DNA of 62,966 nt, filler included, from Diploschistes diacapsis (Eukaryota), in the NCBI GenBank assembly GCA_023645945.1. It is 17 parts of 17 records of this genome, joined end to end, with 100 filler letters (N's around TTAATTAATTAA, not from the genome) between each part and the next. Parts side by side here need not be neighbours in the genome. Positions count along the whole stretch, not along the records: positions 25,115 to 45,812 come from JALAIB010000330.1; positions 45,913 to 47,245 come from JALAIB010003300.1; positions 47,346 to 48,678 come from JALAIB010003301.1; 14 more parts are not named here. One strand, 5' to 3'. The notes beneath the pieces are model-generated. The model had not been told where the DNA came from. It did no database searches and saw only the letters and a program-made list of their open reading frames with translations. The translations under genes were made by a program, and so were the position numbers. Positions 36,082 through 48,460 of this stretch are shown here, one piece after another (positions within the stretch are counted from its first letter, which is position 1; every line of letters starts with the position of its first letter).

Positions 36082-38219
36082 CTAGACCGGTGCTTCGTCG
36101 TCGTTAATACGAGCCGTGAAGTGGCTGAATGCGATGCAGAGCAACTCCAGTGCACTACTGGAAATACCAGTAACCGCTTCCGAGATCGGCTCAGACGACT
36201 GACGACGTCTGTTCAGGTCGCACAGATCCTTGTAAACAGGTAGCACGAGGTCTGCAAACTGCCTGCTAATAACTTCGTGACTGCCCGTTTGGACGAGCAT
36301 GTCGACGCATGAGCGGCTACGCTCAAGCTCTTCGCTCGGAGAGCTTGCAGCAGGGTCGACGAGCTTCTGCGCGGCTTCATTCAGGAGTACAGCACAGGCC
36401 GCAAACACCTGAAAGTCGCAGAGCGAGCAGCGCTTGAACGGACCGGGACTGGACGAAACCAAGTTTGCGATGCGAACCAGGTGGTGGGCCGCGGTAATTG
36501 CCTCATTACAGCATTTGGTGATATATTCGGCCGAAACATCTGGAAGTAAAACTTGACGGGCGCTTCTAGGTCCAGCCATCGCTACTAGTATCGGACGATA
36601 AAGAGCGATAATCGCGCTGAGATATAGCATGTGCACAAGAAGCAGAGACATTCGAGCACTTTCCGGGTATGGGCCGGTGCCTGGCCGGGTCAGCGCTGCA
36701 AGTTGCATCGGAGCGGAAAGATCGTCCCGCCAATCGTCAAGCGCACGCTTGTGCTTCCAGATGGTGTCGATGTAAGGAGAAATCGGAACGCACGTTTCTT
36801 GAACGATCTCCACCATCATGCTGACCGTGTGTGCAAACTCCTTTTGGACTGCGTACTCCAAAGTGCTTTGGCTTTCAACCATGAGTGTGCGCATCACTCC
36901 CTTTTCCTCAAGATCCAAGACAAGAGGATGGCCAAACGTTAGATAGACGCAGCAGTTAATAGATATCAGCGTACGATATATTCTCATCCACGCGTCATGA
37001 CTGGACGAGTCAACTTCACGGGCGGCTGTACTCGACCAGCGAGCAAATTGGACTCCCGACGCGATGATGACTCTGATGCTCTCGCGCTTCTTAATAAAGC
37101 CGTACCCAGCCATACAGATCAGGGCACGTATACCGTTCAAACTGCTCGCTTCCGCGCAATCGTTCAACGCCGACAGAGCAGTTCTGAAAAGCTGCTCGCT
37201 CTCTTGTGGGGAGATTGCCGAATCGTAACAACTGCCAACCGCTGCAAGCGCGTACAATTGACAGAGCATAGCGGTATCGAGAGGCTTGTCAGTATAGTAT
37301 GCAGATTCAATCATGCTCTGACCCTCTTCTCTCGTCATGAAAAAGAACAGACAAGATAGCACTTCGAAGTAAGCTGCAACACCGGTCCGCACCAGAGATT
37401 CTGGCGGAGGTCTTAAACTACCGTAGTAGTCACTGTACACAGCTGCACCGTCGCGAAAGTCACGTGTACTCGGCTCCACTGGGCCGCCAGGTGGGCTTTG
37501 TAGGAGGAGCTCAATCGCTTCGGGGGTGAGAAGAGGGTGGGGGGCTCCTGAAGATCCTGGCATAAAAGAAGGTGGCGTACCGATCAGGGAAGCTCGCTGT
37601 AGTAACGGTAAAGACTTCGGCGTACCGGAGGAACCGTCCTCCTCAAGTTGAGTGTTCTGATCGACGGCAAGGTCTTGTCTCAGCTGCTCGAGCTTTACAA
37701 CAGCTTCGGCGTCCGTGCTCCTCACGAGCATGGCAAGCGTAGACTCGAGCTCCCGAACTCGAGCTTCGAGCATCCTATATTGGCTGCTTGTAACGGATAG
37801 TCGAGTATTCTCATGATACTCATAGGTGCACCGGTCATCCTTAACTGAGCATGGTCCACACACGGGCTTCGCTCCATTACACTAGAAAACATCCGTCAGC
37901 ATGGAGTCGTGGCAGAAAAGAACAGTAAAAAGGGAGGGTCCCTTGTTCCTCCAGGCGGGGTCAAACCTGAATGATCACAAGCAACTTTAGGTAGCTTCAA
38001 TACCTTTCGCTTCTTCTGCCGACATAGATCGCAGGCGCGAGGGGTAATCTGCCCATGGGTGCGAGACTGGCGTTTTGCCCTGGAGACGGGCGAAGGAGCA
38101 TCCTGCCCCAAGGTCTCTACAGGCTCCAGTTGGGGAAGGATTGGTCGTAAGGGCCCTCGTTCAGGTTTTATTCTGGGCAAAGCTCTCACAGCGCCTTTTC
38201 CGGGCGTATCTGCGGCCAT
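36082..38219 (-). CDS. Zn(II)2Cys6 transcription factor with fungal-specific middle domain
   Basis: Exons 38219-38004 and 37881-36082 give ACDLCRQKKRK|CNGAKPVCGPCSVKDDRCTY, followed by about 570 aa of helical regulatory region. Confidence 0.92.
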
Positions 38220-38955
38220 GGTGGTTGGCCCGGAGTATGCAATGTGCTGCGTTGCAAAGTGTGTACTTTAGACGGCGGGGACCAACCTGGGGCACGAGGG
38301 AAAGCTTTCCACGAAGGCTTAGAGACGTCATGACGAGATGGCCATGGAGTCCACATTGGGAACGATAGCTGCTTCCCTTGCCTTTGGTGGCTAAGGCATT
38401 CAGGAGATATCTCCGGAGAAGAACGGATCGTTCTAAGACTGTCGGAAGACTTGAGCGAACGATCTGTGATTGGACAACCTTGGATCTTCGGTTTGGTATT
38501 CCATTTCTCAGAATAGAAAATGCAAGGTGGCAAATCCGATCAACGGGCCCCTGTTGTCATCCAGCTGTTAGCACGTTGCACCTGCCTTTGGAGCAGGAAG
38601 TGGGGATAATGCGCTAACGAGAGAAGCGTGAGCTAACAGATGAACTATGATAGAGGTAAAAGAAGTACTAAGAGGTACTGGGTGTGAACAGGGGTACGTC
38701 AGTTGCAAGAACAAAGAACAAAACCGCTTACTCAGCCTTTACCAAGCTCTCTGCCAAGGAAAATGATGCTAAGCCTGAAAGCTTCTTGCGCAGTTTGATC
38801 ACATGCATATTAGACGACCAACCTGATTCTACTACGTCCGTTGTGTCCAGCAGTCACGCTAAAGGAGAATCCAGATATTGAAATCCAAGTACTCTGAATC
38901 AAGAGCTGCATAGAGGTGACGATTTGAAAGCTACATACCGGTTCATTACACCATC

Positions 38956-39818
38956 ATGTCGTACGCTGAAGCTGCGGCGCGCGGACCCAAACAGTCTCCT
39001 GAAGAAGTAAGTCCGTCTAGGTGGTTTCGAGCATCGTCCTAAGTCGTTGTGAAAGCTATATATTGACGGCTGCAGGCGTACGTTGCATTCCTAGTCGCAA
39101 TTCCTCCTCTTAACCCGATGCGCCCTCGACGATCACGCAACCTGTTGCGCCTCTGGTCGAGGGTCCGGCCTTTCTCAAACAGGTATTGATTGTGAACTTC
39201 TAGACGAGCACCCCCGCCAGCACAACTTGAGCAACACGAGCTCTCCCCCGGTAAAACCAAGGATGTTGACTCCGATCATGTTGGGATCGTGGTGAGTGAC
39301 TACGCCGGCGCAACAGACACCCAGATGCAGCGACGCGAACGCGAAGCCGAAGAGGCCGAAGCGGCAACCAAAGAGCGCTTCCAGCAATTCGAGGAAGAGG
39401 CGCGCCGAGACTACAAGAAGGGAAAGGGCGCTGCTGAGGAGAAGGCTACGGATGCGAAAAAAGCCCTGAACCGCGATTACAACGAGGTCAAGGCCAACCG
39501 GGACAACCCGGTCGTTATTGGAAACGCCGTTGTCTGGACGGTCATGGCCGCCGCACTGGGGTGAGCTGAGCGGCGAAGGTTTCGAAGCTGTATGCTGACT
39601 GAAGGCAGCTTCGGAGCCTATAGACAGCACCAGGATGGAAGGTTGAACTGGAAGGTCGCGGGAGCTTGGGCGGGTGTGGTTGGGCTTTTTGGCGCTGCAG
39701 ATTACTATGTCAGCCAGTAGGTGATGCCTTGCGGCCTAAAGTCGTTCTTGAACGAGCTTTGGAGTTATACTAACGCCGTAGCAGATACCTCTTTCAGAAC
39801 AAATACCCGCGCAAGTAG
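38956..39818 (+). CDS. Conserved fungal membrane protein, probably OM14-like mitochondrial outer membrane protein
   Basis: Exons 38956-39006, 39076-39077, 39204-39560, 39609-39716, 39785-39818 give MSYAEAAARGPKQSPEEARAPPP..DNPVVIGNAVVWTVMAAALGFGAYRQHQDGRLNWKVAGAWAGVVGLFGAADYYVSQYLFQNKYPRK*. Confidence 0.85.
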
Positions 39819-41833
39819 TTTTGGACACGCCTCACCGCCTCTTGGATCAAACCGTCTGTCTGCATTCAATAGCAGCTCAGCAACCAGCGTGGTCCCAGTC
39901 TAGGTACCCGGCAATCTGCTGGACTAACTATGCATCCACAGCTCCGCAACTCTCCAATCAGCCCGTCACGCCCCTCTGTATTCTAGTATTTTAGGAATTT
40001 GCAGCCTTTGCGGTTACCAATACGATGTTTCAGTTAACCAGTCCTTGCACTTGTTTAAACATTGCATTTATACTGTTTTTCATCACCACCGACTCAACAT
40101 TGGAGGCCCAATACCGCATGAGCCCGGTTTCCCTTTTACCCAAGTAGTATAAGGTAGGCGCAGCTTTTGAGTGTTCATGCCCAAGCGTCAATGAGCATGT
40201 TTAAATCTCATTTTGGCCTAAAAAGGCTCTCATACCAAGTATATGAATAGCGATCGAAACGTTCAGATCACAATCCACGAAAAGAATTCTTAGAAACTCC
40301 CGTCTTTTTTCTTTTCCCAGCTCCATCGGATCCCTAACCAAACTACCTTGCATCCTAAAGCCCACACCCTCCTCACCGCTTCAAAATCCTCGTTTCGACG
40401 TCCCGACCTCTTGGCTCCCGCTTGCTAGAAAGGTTCACCCTGTCCCATCAGTCGGCACGTCGAACCATCTTGCGTCGGCGATCGCCAGAGCCGTAGCCGA
40501 AAAAGCGCAATGAGCCGCAGCGGCGAAGAAAGAAAACGCAAGGAATAGTCCAACCACCGGCTGCGAAAGGGAAGCAGAAGGGACGTAGCTAGCAGCGCCA
40601 ACACCAACAAAATCAACAAGCGTCCTCTTCTGTCCAGAAGCTCGTTCGTGCTTACGTTTTGGTGTTGGTTCTGTTTCAGAAGATACCGGAGCTATTTCTC
40701 GTGATGGAGGTGGGTGAGGCGGATGGTTTTCTTCTACCGGCGCTGCCCGCTGTGGTACGGTAGAGGGCGGGATGGCTGTTGTTGCTTGTCGACCGGTATG
40801 TATTGTTGAGGGACCGGTATCTGGTGGTGTTGGTATGAGACTGGCTGGGAATGAGGAGGATGGGGTGGGGGTTGTGAGGTGAGGTTAGAGGTGAGAGGAG
40901 GGAGGGGTTTGGGCACGTTTGTTTAGGCATGCGGTGTGGGCTTTATGTTTGGCCTGAGAGGGCTTGGTTGATTGTTTTATATTGGACGTTATAGGCCTAG
41001 GGACTGGCGAGGAAAGCATGTATATCACCTCAACTATTCATTGGTCTAGGTAGCCAGCATATATCTTAATCGAATCCCTGACGTGGTATAACTCACTACT
41101 GTAACTGCTCAATATCCCTATTCATGTAATTTTCTTGGACAAGATGGCTTAATATACTGCTTTTGGCGGTATGCTCGAAGCTTATTAAGTTTTGTTATCT
41201 GACATACCACTGCAGGAGGATGGACATATTGGACTACCCAGTAGCTTTTCACGAGTCGATGTCCAGAGAGTTGGGGTCGTTGAAAGGTAGATAGTACCCC
41301 TGCATGACGATCGACCTGAATCTGACTTGTAAGTATAGCGTACGGTTTTCGCCTCATGATCTTCTAAAGCCAGTCTGACGCTAACGAATGGGCAAAACTT
41401 ATTCCGCTAAGTTAGAACAAGTATGATTAGGTAATCAATCTTTTTCTTTTCTTCTGCGACGTCGAGAAATCCATCCTTCCATCCCTTCTCAATATCTGCA
41501 ATCTCTTCAATGTCTTCACCAACATGGGCTGCCTTCAGCTGCCTTCGGCTCCACGGCGAAGGGTCAGTCATGCTGAAATTGTTGATCGTTATCTGATATG
41601 GGAGAGTCTGATAAAGAATATCTACTTTGTTACCGCGGAAATGTCGAACGGATACAAGTGCTCAAAGGAATGTGTTGCAAAGGGGCGAAGGGATATTGGG
41701 GTTCTCGCATTCTGATCACTGATGACGAATACCATATCTTCATATACAAGTCAAACATGAGCGTCTGGTGTTTCTCAATTGTGTGTGATTGCGTTTTGAC
41801 TCTTCTTGGATACCTGGTCAAAGTACTCTCACT

Positions 41834-42833
41834 ATGTGTGTCTACACCAAGTTTTGCTTTTCTCTCATAATTGGTGGCATCCTTAGTAGCCCATTGGGCG
41901 GTTTCAAGGACATTGAGCCTCTATTTCCCCAAGATGGAAAAATGTCAACCCCTGGGGGAGCAATTTCCGCAACTCAGCTTGCCAGTGCCGACCCCCTTCT
42001 GCCAATATCATCCCCCATTACGAGTCCAAATCCCCAAGAAATCATGTATCCGAGCCAGGTTGTGACTTCCCTCGAGCCACAAGCTACCATCTGCCCCATC
42101 ACGGCTTCATCGGGGTTGGGACCTTCGCCAATCAAGCGCCAAGTGTCTCAGCCTTCTGCATGGCCATTGCTAAGCCCTAACGGCAGCCTCATCACGCCCG
42201 ACTCCTCGCCGGTATGCACCGTTGCTTATGCTCGAAAAGTATTGTCCCTCTGCAACACCATTATCACACGCTTGGGGGATCTCCCGATCACTGTGACCGA
42301 TTGTGAACAAAAGATTACCTTCAGAACTGGCCATGGCCTACTTACCTTGAGGGGCGGTCCACAGGAGCTGCAAACAACAAACTACATCGCTCCTTGGACT
42401 GATGTCGTGACAGGAGTACCACATGGTATAATCCAGGCAGAAGTATGCGGTGGGTCATGGTGCCAGACGTACAACGAGAGATGGGAAACCAGTGCTGTTG
42501 TGGTCAAATCAACCACAACGAGTACGATCAATATCAACACCATCCTCGCAGGGGTATAGTACTCAGTCCAGAATGATGAACTTGGCTAACGAGGCATAGC
42601 CCGCCGTTGTTTTCCTTGGCCCATACAAGACTATGACGTTCACCACACCGACATCGCTCTCGGTCTCGTCGACGATCAAAATCATGCAGTCAGTCACTAC
42701 GACAAGTATTGCTCCCGTTCGCCTGGATACCGTTGACGGCACAGAATCCGCTGTGACGACTGCAGTCGCTGCTCTGGAAAGTTCTACGGAGTCCTTAGTC
42801 TTGGAAACTGGACTCATCCCTTGGTGCTTTTGA
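41834..42833 (+). CDS. Uncharacterised, probably secreted Cys-containing Thr-rich protein
   Basis: Hydrophobic N-terminus, KRQ site, C..LCNTI..VTDCEQKITF..YIAPW..C..C..ERW. In-frame intron 42554-42599 with a GCTAAC branch site. Confidence 0.75.
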
Positions 42834-43326
42834 TTGAACCGTAGCCCGCTGGAAGAGTATTGATTACTCCTCGATAATAGACTCAGAAAAGCGCAAATGG
42901 TTGATGTGGAACGTGACGATGCATGTTTCATATTTGTGTCGATCACAGAATGCCATCTGCTAGTGCCTGTGGATGCTTGATTCTTCAAATTGTGATGATC
43001 TTCGACCTCTTGATGCTTTCGTGTCCTTCAAGGTGTCACATTCCTATCATATCACAGGTTTTATCAACCGCGAGCATTTAAAAAGACCTGCCTATCTGGA
43101 ACTTCTCTCTATTTTCCAACCAATCAAGGATTTTAGCGGGCAGGTTACAACACAGCTGTATAATCTGTCTGGCCGCTTTCCCTAGCCCATCAGGAAGCAA
43201 AGTTCTACTTCTCTCTCACTTTCTACTATACTTCCAAGCAGTCTCTCCTTGCAGCACAACGCCACCGGCAGTTGTCACGCTTACTCTCTCAACAATCAAA
43301 CCCTCTTCTAGCTGAGACCTACGAGC

Positions 43327-43599
43327 ATGGCGCCCCCGCTACAGCCTCCAGCCTCCGGAATCATCCGGCGCGAAGTCCCAGCAGCAGCCATGCTAGTGCT
43401 TGCTGTGACAGTTGCAGTCTTGTCCTTTCTCACCGTTGCCGCCTCTTTCTGGTTCCTTTGGAAGGCGAACAAGGTGTTGATGGAAAGGCATGCGCGTCGG
43501 GACGAGCCAACGGAGATGGATTCGCGTATGCCCCGCTCTCGAGGAAGCGAAGAAAGAGTTTACCGTGAACATGTTTCAGTGGGCATGGAAGCTGTGTGA
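43327..43599 (+). CDS. Small single-pass membrane protein (90 aa)
   Basis: ATG after a CT-rich leader; one long hydrophobic helix (AAAMLVLAVTVAVLSFLTVAASFWFLW) followed by basic residues. Confidence 0.55.
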   Translation: MAPPLQPPASGIIRREVPAAAMLVLAVTVAVLSFLTVAASFWFLWKANKVLMERHARRDEPTEMDSRMPRSRGSEERVYREHVSVGMEAV

Positions 43600-44428
43600 G
43601 ATATCCTTGAATAGTGCGTGAAGAGCTGAGAAGCGGGGAGTTATCGCAGGCAGAAAGAACGGAAGGGGACAAATTGCGGAAGAGGAGATCCATCGTTGAG
43701 CAAACTGGACGCATATAAGCAAGCACCTTGGAGCATGTTTTGAGGCTGGTCATTGTTTAAAGATGAACGCTTCGTTTTCGAGCTCCTATTGAAATGTTTG
43801 TCAGGGGCCAGTCGTTCTCATAAAGGCTGATGCTGTTTTGCACGTGTAAGTTAGCCCCGACTCCAGTTGCTCTGAATTTCGTATGCTGATAACGAAGATA
43901 TCCAATTCTTGCAGTACCTTTGCCCGCAGCTTGAGTTGGATAAGATTGACGCAAATCACAACAAAGAAGAATGCTCACCGAGCTCCACCACCAGCTCTTA
44001 ACATCTTGAGCTCTTGCCGCTGCCCTCGTTGACCAGCACCCTTTTTCCCTCTTCCCTTATGCTATGTCTTTGCAACGACTTTGCTTTACCGAGCATTCCG
44101 CACTGTTAACAGCAAAAGGTCAGAATAGAGAGTCATCTTGCCGGTTCTTTGCGCTCACTTGTCTCCATCTGTGAGGTCACTGCAGCTTAGAGCCCTTTGT
44201 CATAGGCTTCACGATATTGCTCAAGATCTTGACTCACAATCAAGCTGCATTGAATTGCTTAGCGTCCTGACTCAACACTTCGGACTTGCTTATCCTGAGC
44301 AGCGACTTTGACGCAGCATCTAGTGTGATACCTGTTACTTCTTTTCCCACCTATGATTGCCCTAACTATATCTAGAGCTTTCTAGATTAGAGCGCATCGG
44401 ACTCGCCGGGACCCAGAAACGAACCAAA

Positions 44429-45812
44429 ATGCGCACCACAATGATCCTGCTTAGCTTCCTCTCCATGATAGTTGGGACTCTGGCACTTGCCCCGTCCGAC
44501 AGCGCTCAAAATCCCAACAGCACTATCACGACCCTGTACCCCCTCATCCGTGACACAACCAGTGACGGGCTCACGCCCATACAGCTTCTTTTGGATTCCT
44601 CAATGAGTACGAACATAGCTGCTCTGCCTGTGGAGAAAGACATTACAACTACATGTCCACCCCCATCAAGCTACCGTTTTGGCACCTCTCAAACCTTATA
44701 CTGCTCAGAAAGCAGCACGCCAGGTCGACCAACTCCCGCTCAAGCCTACCCCACCGCTGTCAAACCCCAACATGGACCAGGGATGGCAACCGCGACCCCT
44801 GTCGACGAGAGGGGAGACAGCCAACGCACCCCTTGTCTCGACGGCACCCAAACGTGCACAATCGGCTTCGTAAATGCAGCCGTGGGTGGAGCTCGCCTTT
44901 TCGGTTTCGGCCTAGGGACTCGCGGACCTAAAGCCGTACACCGTCCTGCCATGGACATTGTCAGCAAAACTTCCTCGACCAGCATCGCCAGCATGCCTAT
45001 CGTTACCCCCTTTGCCAAACTTGAAGCCAGACAGATCGCCACGCCCGACATGATCATGTGCCCCTCGACGTCGGTTGCGTACCACACCCTCGAATGTCCG
45101 CACATCTCAACCCGTCTCTTCCTTTCCGCAACCCCCCATAACCCTTCTCCCGCCTCGTCTCTCCCCGGCCAGTCCACACTTAACAAACCCGACGACCAAA
45201 TCTCCATCTCCGTCTGCGTCCCCGGCACCTCCGTAGCGCCCACCACTACCGATACCGGCTCAGCTTACAACAACAACCTTGATCCAGCCACGACACCCCT
45301 CCCCAGAACCGCAACCGCACAAACCGAACGCTGGCACCCGAACGGGCCCAAGCCCACGCCCTGCCGCATGGGCAGCATAACCTGCTCGCTCATCCCCACA
45401 TACACCACTCCCCCCTCCTCTTCCTCCCCTCCTTCGACATCTCCCCCGTTTCTCGCTTCCGCTTCCGGCTTCATCTCCACGAAACCCACCGCCAACGCTG
45501 CCTTCGCGCGCGCACAGGTGCTCGGGCTCGATATCCCGCGCGGCTCAGCTAAGCGGTGGCACATGCGGCTGCACCAGCGGCGCCAAGGTGGCAGTGCGTC
45601 AACAGGGACCCATGTAGAGACCGAGACAGGGACCACGACGGAGACCGCGATGGTGGACGTGGCGGCTGGTGCAGGGGGTTCGGTACTTTCCTCTTCCTCT
45701 ACCTTCGCCTCTGCCCACATATCGGTCTCTGTCTCTGCCTCGGGGCCTCCAGCAGCCACAGGCGCAGACACCCTCCTCCTCCCGGTCCGCGCCGCCCTAC
45801 CCACCATCACAG
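44429..45812 (+). CDS. Secreted Ser/Thr/Pro-rich protein with paired cysteines; 3' end cut by the contig end
   Basis: AAAATG start, signal peptide MRTTMILLSFLSMIVGTLA, about 461 open codons. Confidence 0.8.
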
Positions 45813-46149
45813 NNNNNNNNNNNNNNNNNNNNNNNNNNNNNNNNNNNNNNNNNNNNTTAATTAATTAANNNNNNNNNNNNNNNNNNNNNNNNNNNNNNNN
45901 NNNNNNNNNNNNCCGTAGTTCTCAAAAAGGAAAAGCGTTATAAATATAAATGCTAATATTATAATATAATAATAAAGTAAATAAGTGATTATTCGGTAGC
46001 TAGATCTCTATTAAACGATAAATATATTAATAAAATAATTTTTAAAGAATTATCTTTATTTACGAAAACTCTACTCTTATACAAGAACACGCGAGCGGGC
46101 CTTAATATCTGCTTAGCATACCCCTTGATAGCCCTTATTGGGTTCTGCG

Positions 46150-46730
46150 TATTACAGAAAACATCGATACCATTTTTAACAATCTTCTTCTGTGGTTCCA
46201 CCACCACCGTAATCCGGCACTTATACAACGTGCATTACGGAGGCGCCGCAACTGCTCAGACCCTCGTGCAACTATGGAATCACTCAAAGGCAAGGTCAAC
46301 ACGGAGCGGTACGAAGCCCTATTCCGCCAGGTCCATCAAGCCAGCCACTCGCTCGTCTGCCGAAACGCAACAACCGAGTTCTATGATAACCTCTCCGGGA
46401 TTCCCAACGACGCCCAACGTGTGGGCAATCACTGTACCGCGTGGAAGCAGAGAGTATGCAGCTAGGCGGCTACCAGCCCTACCTAGTCGCTCCCTGCGAG
46501 ACGGCGTCGAACTTCACCGCCATCATCACCTCGTCCAACACCACCGCGAGGACCGCCACGGCTGAGCTCGACTTCCGTCCGGCACGCACGATCTAGCTGT
46601 CGGATACTACGACCTTATCAGCGACAAGTCGCTTTAAAGAGTGTCCTGAGTGGGCGCCAGCTGGCGCGTGGGTTGGCGATGACGAGGATACGCTGGGCCA
46701 TGCGTCGTCGACATTCCTCGACAGGCATTA
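46150..46730 (+). pseudogene. aguA: Alpha-glucuronidase (GH67) C-terminal fragment, frameshifted
   Basis: ENIDT..NLLLWFHH, HYGGAATAQT, ESLKGKVNTERYE, HSLV, NLSGIPNDAQRVGNH, EAESMQLGGY, TASNFTAIIT, PSGTHDLAVGYYDL and DDEDTLGHASSTFLD, spread over several frames. Confidence 0.85.
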
Positions 46731-47479
46731 ATGACGCGGATTACACTTCGTGGTATGGAGATTTAGAGGGGCGATACGCTTGAGACTGTTGGCACTTTGG
46801 ATAAGATTAAACCGGCGCTTGTAGGTTATGTTGCCGTTCTGCCACTCGGGGCAAGTTGCTAGGTCATGAAGTTGAAGACGAGAATCAAAGGAAACGATTA
46901 TTAGCGGTTTGAGCATATGAAATACGAGGTAATGATGTTCGATCCTAATACAGTCCTCATAAAGGTCAGATATTCCAGCTCATTATGACACTCTCTCTTA
47001 CCTATTACAACAGATCTCCTCATGCTGCAGACAGAATGGTGCAGCCATTGCAGCTGCTACTAAACCACCTACGCATATATAGTCAGGGTACTTCCCGACC
47101 TACTAGACCAATTCATCTGCCCTTTCTACTATCCAATACCACAGGGTACTCAGAAAGCATCATGCAGCTCGATCTTCCCAGGCAAATTCTCCTATGTTTA
47201 TGATATCTTCGCCCCCATCTCCCCCCTCATCCCCCTCCTAATCATNNNNNNNNNNNNNNNNNNNNNNNNNNNNNNNNNNNNNNNNNNNNTTAATTAATTA
47301 ANNNNNNNNNNNNNNNNNNNNNNNNNNNNNNNNNNNNNNNNNNNNCAGCAATTGATTCTCTGTATTTCTGCCTACAGTCCTCCTGTCGTTCAACGGAGAA
47401 TACCTATGTCTACAAGTCACGTGCCAAAAGTAATGGTCCCTACCTAAATTATAGTAGACATCACTAACTTTGGAGATGC

Positions 47480-48003
47480 GATGCGCACCCAAATAATGTC
47501 CTACAAATGCGCTTTTTAGATCATTTTGATGCCCTTTATTCGTAGTATCTATTAATACTTTATTTGTTATCCCTGCGCGTCGTATACAGCCTGAATTCGC
47601 GTAGGTATCGAGTAGATTAATCGAGTAAGTAAATCCTATTCCTTATCTACCGTAATTTGATTAAATGTCTCGATAATAGCAGCTTTTAAAACTTGTTTCT
47701 TATTATTTTTGTTTTTACGTATTATTTTAAGTTTTGGATGAAGCCGAAATACCTTCTTTTTTAATTTAGACTAAAGATGTTCTATAACGTTTAAATTTAG
47801 ATTATATAATGGATAATCGAGAATCTAGACGTCGAGATTTTTTAAAAACGTTTTAATAATATTTATAATATATATAAAAGTATTATCTTATAAAAAATCT
47901 TACCCAAGTTCGTAGATTTGGGACAAAATATCTTTTAATAAAGTATAATAAGTTTCGGCGGTAATATTTCGTTTATTTATGTAATAATCTTCGAAAAAAA
48001 TAT
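47480..48003 (-). mobile_element. RIP-degraded Tc1-like (DD34E) transposase C-terminus
   Basis: FL*DNTFIY (FQQDNAPxH), NLNVIEHL*SKLK (PDLNPIEHLW..LK), LIYSIPTRIQAVYDAQG*QIKY*. Confidence 0.8.
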
Positions 48004-48387
48004 TAGGCTGGCCGTCACGGACACTGACACGGCCGTATCCGTGGCACGGACACGGCCGTGGTAGTATCCGTGTTTTAAAATTTTTAGCCGTAATGTCCGT
48101 GTCCGTGTTTTTATTGTAGTATAATGTCCGTGGAAGTATCCGTGTTTTAAAATTTTTAATTATAATATCCGTGTCCGTGTTTTTATTATAATATAATATC
48201 CGTAAAAATATCCGTATTTTAAAATTTTTAATCGTAATATCTGTGTTCGTGCTTTTATTATTATATAATGTCCGTGGAAGTGTTCGTGTTTTAAAATTTT
48301 AGCGGTAATGTCCGTGGTAATATCGTGTTTAAAAAATTTTCTCGATAGTGTCCGTGGAAGTATCCGTGGCACGAAACGGCCAGCCTA
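48004..48387 (+). mobile_element. Complete 384-bp non-autonomous element (MITE) with 12-bp TIRs and internal TCCGTG arrays
   Basis: TAGGCTGGCCGT...ACGGCCAGCCTA. Further ends at 53421 and 61993. Confidence 0.85.
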
Positions 48388-48460
48388 ATATCATGTGTCG
48401 GCAAATAGCCTCCAAGTTCCTAAGCGAAGCAGTAAGTATTAAATAAAAAATCCAGGCTCA

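Noticed and set aside
25115..45812. Starship-type giant element cargo (NLR, transcription factors)
   Set aside because: No tyrosine recombinase captain or boundary motif seen, and a conserved OM14-like gene lies within the contig.
3740..46730. GH7 and GH67 as a linked plant cell wall degradation locus
   Set aside because: They are on different contigs joined artificially.
48004..48387. TCCGTG repeats as a CRISPR array or coding repeat
   Set aside because: No unique spacers, eukaryotic context, bounded by TIRs; the overlapping ORFs are low-complexity artefacts.
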